From the NCBI GenBank assembly GCA_049325335.1, contig JBMOMC010000007.1, positions 259,034 to 323,033 of the forward strand: DNA of 64,000 bases, in the 5' to 3' direction. The notes beneath the pieces are model-generated. The model was not told the origin of the DNA. It did not search any database and was given only the letters and a program-made list of their open reading frames with translations. The DNA is from Nitrospirota bacterium. GTDB taxonomy: Bacteria; Nitrospirota; Nitrospiria; 2-01-FULL-66-17. The position numbers were made by a program, and so were the translations under genes. Shown in pieces: positions 58,090-64,000 of this stretch. The first letter of the stretch is position 1; each line of letters begins with the position of its first letter.

Positions 58090-58290
58090 CTCGCCTCTGG
58101 ACGCCCCGCACGCCCACGTGGTCGCCGCGACGACGGCCAACGGACGGGCAAGAACGCCACCTCAATGTTTAGGGTATGACCCGAAACGCGGTGTGCTTAT
58201 TCTCTGTCCGGTGACCGTTTGGTCGGGGATAGGCCGACGGATGGCAGCTAATACGCCATCGGTGGAGTACCGTCCCCAGGAATGGTGCGA

Positions 58291-58320
58291 ATGATAGCCC
58301 AAAATCGGGCGAAAACGCAA
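58291..58320 (-). promoter_or_regulatory. Sigma-70-like promoter of the EPS locus
   Basis: TTGCGT-N18-TATCAT on the minus strand, about 200 bp upstream of wza. Confidence 0.4.
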
Positions 58321-58329
58321 TGTCCGCCG

Positions 58330-59529
58330 TTACCCGCGGGGCTGGTATCCGGCCAGTCGGATGGCCTCGCGCACGCGTTCGTCAGCGCCGTGTCGGCCGT
58401 CAACCGTCACGTCCACGGAACGGGTCGCCAAATCGATCCGAACCGCGCTCACCCCGGCCACGCCGTTGAGGGCTCGTTCAACGGCGCGGACGCAATAGGC
58501 GCAGGTCATTCCGTCGATGACCATGTGCAGCCGGTGCGCGCCGTTGAGCGACTCGGCTCGCGCCGGGGGCGACGCGGTCTGCGCGACCGGATGATGGCTG
58601 TGCTCGATGTCTTGCTTTTCCGGGTGTTCATGTTGATGGAGGATGTCGCCGTGCTGGTGCGCGTGCTCGTGCTGCGAGGACGCGGCCGTCGCCACGACCG
58701 TCGGACGCATCGCGGCGCGTCGGAACGAGTCATAGGCCACGGCCGCGGCAAACACCGCGGCTGCGAACAGCACGATGGTGGCACCGGAAGACGCGTTGGA
58801 CTGAAAACTCAGGTACATGCCCCCGACCCCGCACAGCACGCCGAGCCCGATCGAAACGAACACGAGTCGATGAAAACTGTGCGTCAGCAGACGGGCCGTG
58901 GCCGCGGGAATCACGATCGCCGCGACGATCAACATCACCCCGAGCACCTGCATCGACACCACGATCGTCGCCGCCAGCACCAACGCGAACGCGGTGTCCA
59001 CCCACTCGCTCGGCACGCCGTACACTTTGGCAACCTCGGGGTCGAACGTTGTGAACAACAACTGTTTGTACAAGACCACGATCACCAAGGCCGACAGCAA
59101 CGAGACGCCGGCGATGACGATCAGATCCTCCGGCGTCACCCCGAGAATATTGCCGAACAAAGCGGCTTCGAAATTTCTGGTGAACTTGCGCACCCGGCTG
59201 ATCAACACCACCCCGACCGCGAAGCTGGCCGTGGTGACGATCCCGATCACCGCGTCCGCGCCGATTTTCTTGCGTTTGGCCACCGCGTTGATCAACAACG
59301 CGGACAAGAACCCCCACAACCCGGCGCCGAGGTAAAAATTCCAATTCATGACGTAGCTGACCACCGCGCCCCCGAACACCGAATGCGACAGCCCGTGGCC
59401 GATATAACTCATGTTCCGCAGGACGATGTAGACCCCGATCAGGCCGCAAATGGCGCCGGTCATGGCCGCGGCGAGCAGCCCGTTGCGGAAAAACTCGTAT
59501 TGCAACGGTTCAAATAGGGTCTCGATCAT
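58330..59529 (-). CDS. Zn/Mn-type ABC transporter permease with C-terminal His-rich linker and HMA domain
   Basis: ABC-3 permease motifs (GHGLSHS.FGG, LFGNIL, FDP..A...G), then QHEHAHQHG..HQHEH and GMTCAYC. Confidence 0.9.
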   Translation of the reverse strand: MIETLFEPLQYEFFRNGLLAAAMTGAICGLIGVYIVLRNMSYIGHGLSHSVFGGAVVSYVMNWNFYLGAGLWGFLSALLINAVAKRKKIGADAVIGIVTTASFAVGVVLISRVRKFTRNFEAALFGNILGVTPEDLIVIAGVSLLSALVIVVLYKQLLFTTFDPEVAKVYGVPSEWVDTAFALVLAATIVVSMQVLGVMLIVAAIVIPAATARLLTHSFHRLVFVSIGLGVLCGVGGMYLSFQSNASSGATIVLFAAAVFAAAVAYDSFRRAAMRPTVVATAASSQHEHAHQHGDILHQHEHPEKQDIEHSHHPVAQTASPPARAESLNGAHRLHMVIDGMTCAYCVRAVERALNGVAGVSAVRIDLATRSVDVTVDGRHGADERVREAIRLAGYQPRG

Positions 59530-60373
59530 TCTCCTCCACGCCCACCGTCCGAGGGCCGTAGTGCGCTCCCGCGGCCGGACTGTCCGCGATCAGCAGCAGT
59601 CCGTTTTGTCGGACCACCACCATCTCCGAGTTATAGGTTCGGCTGAGCGTGGCCGACGTGAAGACCTCTTGGGGATCGCCTTGTTCGACGATCGCGCGAT
59701 TAAAACAGATGACCCACGGCAGGTGCCGCGCCACGCTGTTGAGGTCATGCGTGGTCAAAATGATCGTCACGCCTTCGCGGTTGAGTTGCGAGAGCAGGTG
59801 CAAAATGTGATGTTGCGTCTTGAGGTCCACCCCGGACGTGGGCTCGTCGAGAATCAAAATCTCCGGACGACTGATCAACGCTCGCGCCAGGAAGACGCGC
59901 TGCTGCTCGCCGCCGGACAACGCCCGGATCTGCCGGTCCGCGTATTGTCGAATACCCAAGTGCTCCAAGAGATCCAGCGCAATTCGCCGGTCCTCGCGGC
60001 TCGGCCACGGCAGCCATCCCATCTGCCGGTGTCGGCCCATCAACACCACCTGCTCCACGGTAACCGGGAAATTCCAGTTCACGGTCTCGATCTGGGGCAC
60101 GTACCCGACTCCGCGGGCCGTGTTCCCGTTGATCCGTTGTCCGGCCACGATCACCTCGCCGGCCGCGGTCGGGACCACCCCCAAGATCACCTTCAGCAGC
60201 GTGGTTTTGCCGGACCCGCTGGGCCCCACGATCCCCGTGTACAAGCCGCGGGGGATCGCGAGATCCATGCCCTCGAACACCACCTTGTCGTCGTATCCGC
60301 ATCGCACGCCGCGCAGCAAGACGTGAGGGGGCGCCGCCCGATCCACCGAGAACCCGATTCGCTCGTCATCCAC
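59510..60373 (-). CDS. Zn/Mn-type ABC transporter ATP-binding protein
   Basis: GPSGSGKT, GYVPQ, FPVTV, LSGGEQQR, LDEPT and THDL. Confidence 0.92.
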   Translation of the reverse strand: MDDERIGFSVDRAAPPHVLLRGVRCGYDDKVVFEGMDLAIPRGLYTGIVGPSGSGKTTLLKVILGVVPTAAGEVIVAGQRINGNTARGVGYVPQIETVNWNFPVTVEQVVLMGRHRQMGWLPWPSREDRRIALDLLEHLGIRQYADRQIRALSGGEQQRVFLARALISRPEILILDEPTSGVDLKTQHHILHLLSQLNREGVTIILTTHDLNSVARHLPWVICFNRAIVEQGDPQEVFTSATLSRTYNSEMVVVRQNGLLLIADSPAAGAHYGPRTVGVEENDRDPI

Positions 60374-60656
60374 GGCGTGTCACCGACGCGACGCGGAATC
60401 GAGAGACCCCATTCCGGCGATCGACGAGTCGCGCAGGCGCGTGCAATGGGAAGTTGAGCGGTGGCCGATCCATGCGTAATGGCTTACCGTAACAGAGGCC
60501 TAAAAAACCTGTCAAGAAAACAATGCGACGACGGCGCGCGATCGTCTGCTCCGACCCGGGTTCCTCGACTCGCACACATATTTGCTATAATGAGGCCTGC
60601 ATGCAATTCATGAGGTCCGCGCGAAGGGGGCCACCTAACGGTGACGTGACGAACGA

Positions 60657-62495
60657 ATGATCGAAGACATTCGACTGCACGGCCAAGTCAATTCGGAAAT
60701 CGAATACTTCGCCACCATCGCAGGGCGATCGGTCGGACACCAGTTTTTTTACGAGCCCTCGCCGGACGGACAGGCCGGCACGATCCGATTTTTCGCGGCG
60801 GGCAACGAATTTCTCATCGGCCGCGACGGGATCCGCTACAAGGGCAACGGCGGCAGCTTCTGCCGCTATATGTTCGGCGTGAATCTACCGCTCAAAGACC
60901 TCGTGAAGAAGGAGGTCGTCAACCGCTTGGTGCTCAACGGCGCGGTCCTCGACCCGACCGGCCAATCCATTCGTTTCACCGATTCCACCGAGGGACACGA
61001 GACCTTCGAGGAGGTGTTCCGAAGCGGAAACGCCACCTGCAACTATTATTTGTTCGTCCACTTTCCCGACCAACCGCCCGTGCCGAAACAACAGGAATTC
61101 CTGTTGCGCATGATCGGGCGCGCGGTGAAACACTCGGTGCTGGTCGGCATCCAGGACGACGTGCAAATCGTCCATCTGCTCTATGACGCGCTCAAGGAGC
61201 CCCGCGCGATCCTGTATCTGTTCCGGCTGACTCACGCGGGACACACCGCGTATTACCAGGCGTATCAACACGCGTACGCCGCGCGGACCCAAAACGACGA
61301 CCCCGTCGCGCAGCGGCTCGCAGAGATCACCCGCGCGCACACGATCGACCTCTATCAGCAAACCCGGATGCAGATCGACGTGGTGTACCAGCACCCGGAG
61401 AACAAGCGCCTCATCGACGAGTACAAAGACTTGCTGGTGGAAATGTTGACCGATCCCAGTTCCACCCAGGCCATCCTCGCCAAACTCAACCGCCTGCGCA
61501 CCTTGTCCGTACGCCACGCGATTCCGCTCGAGGTCTTCCACACCCTCGACGGCATCTTTCTGAAGGACAAATCCGGAGAACGCTACGAGGAGCCCGAACA
61601 CCTGGCCGCCGCCCGCAGCATCCTGGACAGCCTCTTTCTCCAACGCCAGACGACCAACGACACCGTGCTCAAGGAAGAGTTGACCACCCTGTTGCGCGCC
61701 AAGCGCCAAGCCATCGAGCGACGGGATTTCGCGTTCGACGCGTTGCTCTTGGACGTGGGCCGCAGTTGCGACGAATACGCGTCCCAAACCGGAGACTCCG
61801 GCATCCTGGAGCGATTCAGCCTGATCGTCACGTGTTTTGATCGCTTCGACGCCACCTACACCTATTTGAACCAAATGGTGTTCATGGACGATGACCATAC
61901 CGCGGAATCCGTGCTCAAGACGATTCACGCCAACAAAAAGATTTTCGATGACTTGGCGCCGAAATTGTTCAAGGAACTGTTTATCGACTCCATCATCAAA
62001 GACCGCTATCTGACGGACTTCGGCCGCCGGAAGATTTTCATCGTGTTTCAAGGACTCAAAGAGATCGACGACGGCCGACTCACCTTGCGTGAAGTCGCCA
62101 ACCAAGTCCGTCAGGTCAACACCGAGGCGCAGGAGTATCGGCAGATCCACAAACATCTCAGACGATTCTTGAAGCAATTCGTCAAAGAACCCCAAGCCGA
62201 AGCCATGACGCACCTGCGCGATCAGCTCTCCCAAGAACTGATGCACAAACATTTGATCAGCACGCCGATCCCCGAGGGGATTTTTCGCAAGGTGATCCGC
62301 GACCTGCACCGCGAGGCCGTGTATTTTTACGAAGTGTTGCCCGCGCTGGTGGCGTCGCCCGAGGGATCCGACGGCCGGCGGGACGCATATTTTTCCTCCA
62401 GCGGCGTGGATCGGTACGATCTGGAGGAATTGGAACGCGAATACTTTCACCAACACCGGCTCGATGAGGCGCTGCTCCAAGCCTTGCAGCGCTGA
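60657..62495 (+). CDS. TIGR04442-like protein of unknown function
   Basis: N-terminus MIEDIRLHG...EYFA, Y.GNGGSFC.YMFG and V.NRLV..GA match this family as I recall it. Typical codon usage and an upstream TATAAT at 60586. Confidence 0.7.
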   Translation: MIEDIRLHGQVNSEIEYFATIAGRSVGHQFFYEPSPDGQAGTIRFFAAGNEFLIGRDGIRYKGNGGSFCRYMFGVNLPLKDLVKKEVVNRLVLNGAVLDPTGQSIRFTDSTEGHETFEEVFRSGNATCNYYLFVHFPDQPPVPKQQEFLLRMIGRAVKHSVLVGIQDDVQIVHLLYDALKEPRAILYLFRLTHAGHTAYYQAYQHAYAARTQNDDPVAQRLAEITRAHTIDLYQQTRMQIDVVYQHPENKRLIDEYKDLLVEMLTDPSSTQAILAKLNRLRTLSVRHAIPLEVFHTLDGIFLKDKSGERYEEPEHLAAARSILDSLFLQRQTTNDTVLKEELTTLLRAKRQAIERRDFAFDALLLDVGRSCDEYASQTGDSGILERFSLIVTCFDRFDATYTYLNQMVFMDDDHTAESVLKTIHANKKIFDDLAPKLFKELFIDSIIKDRYLTDFGRRKIFIVFQGLKEIDDGRLTLREVANQVRQVNTEAQEYRQIHKHLRRFLKQFVKEPQAEAMTHLRDQLSQELMHKHLISTPIPEGIFRKVIRDLHREAVYFYEVLPALVASPEGSDGRRDAYFSSSGVDRYDLEELEREYFHQHRLDEALLQALQR

Positions 62496-62505
62496 GGAGA
62501 TCATC

Positions 62506-63924
62506 ATGTCACCGACAAGGAGTCCCATTATGGTTGTTCGTTCCGAATCGCGTCGTCCGTTCCCGTATGCCGTCGCCCTGGCGGGGCTCGGCATCTTGCT
62601 CTGGCTCGTCGGAGCCTCGCCGGCCGCCGCATCGGCAAAGGAACTGGCCGGGCTGAAGGCCTTAACCGAACTGCAAGACGTGTTCATTGAACTGGCCGAC
62701 AAGGTCAACCCCGCGGTGGTGAATATCTCCACAGGAACCGAGACTCCGCCGAAGAGCGGCGAACGGTTTCGTCAACGACCGGACTCATCGAGCAGCGGCT
62801 CCGGCGTGATTATCGACAAGGAGGGGCACATCATCACCAATAACCACGTGGTGGGCGACGCGAGCGAAGTTCAGGTCCACCTGTTGGACAAGCGAAAACT
62901 AACCGGGAAGGTGGTGGGCCGGGACCCCGACACCGACCTGGCGGTGGTCAAGGTCGAATCCAAAACACCATTGCCCACGGTGCCGCTGGGCGACTCCACC
63001 AAGGTCAAGGTGGGACAGTGGGTGGTCGCAGTGGGCAACCCTTTCGGACTCGAGCACACGCTGACGGTCGGCGTGGTCAGCGCGCTCAAACGGGAGAACG
63101 TGAACCTCTCGCGGTATGAAGATTTCATCCAGACCGACGCGTCGATCAACCCCGGCAACAGCGGCGGGCCGCTCTTTAACATTCAGGGCGAGGTGATCGG
63201 AATCAACACCGCCATCATAAATTTCGCGCAAGGCATTGGCTTCGCCATCCCCTCCAAAATGGTCCAGGACATCTACCCCCAACTGATCGCCAAAGGTCGC
63301 GTAAGCCGCGGGTGGTTGGGCGTGGGAATTCAGACCGTCACGGAGGAGTTGGCCAGTCAGTTTCATTTGGACAAAGAGCAGGGCGTGTTGGTCAACGAGG
63401 TATTCGACGGCGAACCCGCGCACAAAGCCGGCGTGCAGCCCGGCGACATCATCTTAAAGGTCGGCGGCGCCGAGGTGGACACGCCCACCAGCCTGGCCAA
63501 AGTCGTGGCCGGCCTCCCACCCGGAAAACCCGCCAAACTGACCGTGTTGCGAAACGGAGAATCCGTGGATCTCTCCGTGATGTTGAGCGAGCGCAAAGAC
63601 GACTCCGAAACCCCGCAAGTCGTCCCGGTGAAGACTCCTGAATCCATGCTGGGACTAACCATCGAGGACATCTCTAAAGACGTCGCGGATCGCCTGAAGT
63701 TAAAAGACACCTCCGGCGTGTTGGTCACAAAAGTGGATGAGGACAGCTTGGCGGGCCGCGGCGGCATCAAGGAAGGCGACGTGATCAAGGAGATCAATCG
63801 CCAGACGATCGCGGACTCTGGCGATTTCCGCAAAGCCAACGAGGTCCTCAAGCCGGAAGACGGCGTCCTGATCCGTATCATCCGCGAACAGCGGGGCCTG
63901 TTCCTTGTTTTGAATGACAAGTAG
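62506..63924 (+). CDS. degQ: HtrA/DegQ serine endoprotease with two PDZ domains
   Basis: GSGVII, TNNHV, TDLA and QTDASINPGNSGGPL; two PDZ domains; GAGGAG RBS before ATG 62506. Confidence 0.93.
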   Translation: MSPTRSPIMVVRSESRRPFPYAVALAGLGILLWLVGASPAAASAKELAGLKALTELQDVFIELADKVNPAVVNISTGTETPPKSGERFRQRPDSSSSGSGVIIDKEGHIITNNHVVGDASEVQVHLLDKRKLTGKVVGRDPDTDLAVVKVESKTPLPTVPLGDSTKVKVGQWVVAVGNPFGLEHTLTVGVVSALKRENVNLSRYEDFIQTDASINPGNSGGPLFNIQGEVIGINTAIINFAQGIGFAIPSKMVQDIYPQLIAKGRVSRGWLGVGIQTVTEELASQFHLDKEQGVLVNEVFDGEPAHKAGVQPGDIILKVGGAEVDTPTSLAKVVAGLPPGKPAKLTVLRNGESVDLSVMLSERKDDSETPQVVPVKTPESMLGLTIEDISKDVADRLKLKDTSGVLVTKVDEDSLAGRGGIKEGDVIKEINRQTIADSGDFRKANEVLKPEDGVLIRIIREQRGLFLVLNDK

Positions 63925-63957
63925 TCGATCGGTCGAGGGCGGGGCGGTCCGATGACC

Positions 63958-63997
63958 GCCCCCCCCCCCCCCCCCCCCCCCCCCACCCCCCCCCCCC
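63958..63997. other. Poly-C low-complexity run at the window end
   Basis: About 40 almost uninterrupted C residues; probably a contig-end or sequencing artefact. Confidence 0.6.
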
Positions 63998-64000
63998 AGG

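Noticed and set aside
58225..58280. Resemblance of GGGGACGGTACTCCACC (minus strand) to the 5' end of a fluoride (crcB) riboswitch
   Set aside because: The conserved 3' GCTRATGAC..CTAC segment is absent and the downstream gene context does not fit.
60474..60492. GTAA-N4-TTAC inverted repeat upstream of the metal ABC genes as a Zur-like box
   Set aside because: Too short, and the spacing differs from the Zur boxes I know, so it cannot be supported by eye.
63958..63997. Poly-C tract as a phase-variation or G-quadruplex element
   Set aside because: It lies at the extreme end of the sequence and resembles a sequencing or assembly artefact; read support would be needed.

Overview
GC-rich bacterial window; the gene content (TIGR04442-like protein, c7-type triheme cytochrome domains, exosortase-linked EPS locus) suggests Nitrospirota or Desulfobacterota, which is an inference. 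(1) 1-11.5 kb, minus strand: a nitrogen block with assimilatory nitrate reductase (cut by the window edge), PP2C/Ser-Thr kinase, NarK-type transporter, glnK-amtB, D,D-carboxypeptidase, a split ArgZ/AgrE-like gene pair, thioredoxin-like protein and peroxiredoxin. Two sigma-54 promoters there share a tandem CGACA-N4-YGTCG motif at near-identical spacing. (2) 12-16 kb, plus strand: a sigma-54 operon with an FN3 lipoprotein and three unrelated secreted proteins that all end in the same 14-aa tail resembling a lone FN3 first strand. (3) 16-58 kb, minus strand: a ~42 kb co-oriented exosortase-type exopolysaccharide locus (wza, Wzc modules, priming GT, exosortase, GT2/GT4s, wecB, asnB, wzx, ligase/polymerase, three deacetylases, five GNAT/FemAB-fold proteins, radical SAM). 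It embeds a proline adenylation + carrier + dehydrogenase cassette with no PKS/NRPS in the window, and ends with a 1722-aa repeat protein carrying a 2166-bp tandem duplication, a hexaheme cytochrome c and an AT-rich sulfotransferase. (4) 58-64 kb: metal ABC ATPase and a permease fused to a His-rich/HMA tail, a TIGR04442-like protein and an HtrA protease, then a poly-C run that is probably an artefact. Best candidates for undescribed systems: pyrrolyl/prolyl decoration of an exopolysaccharide, and a donor-strand FN3 tail docking system. All family calls are motif-based by eye; no database searches were run.
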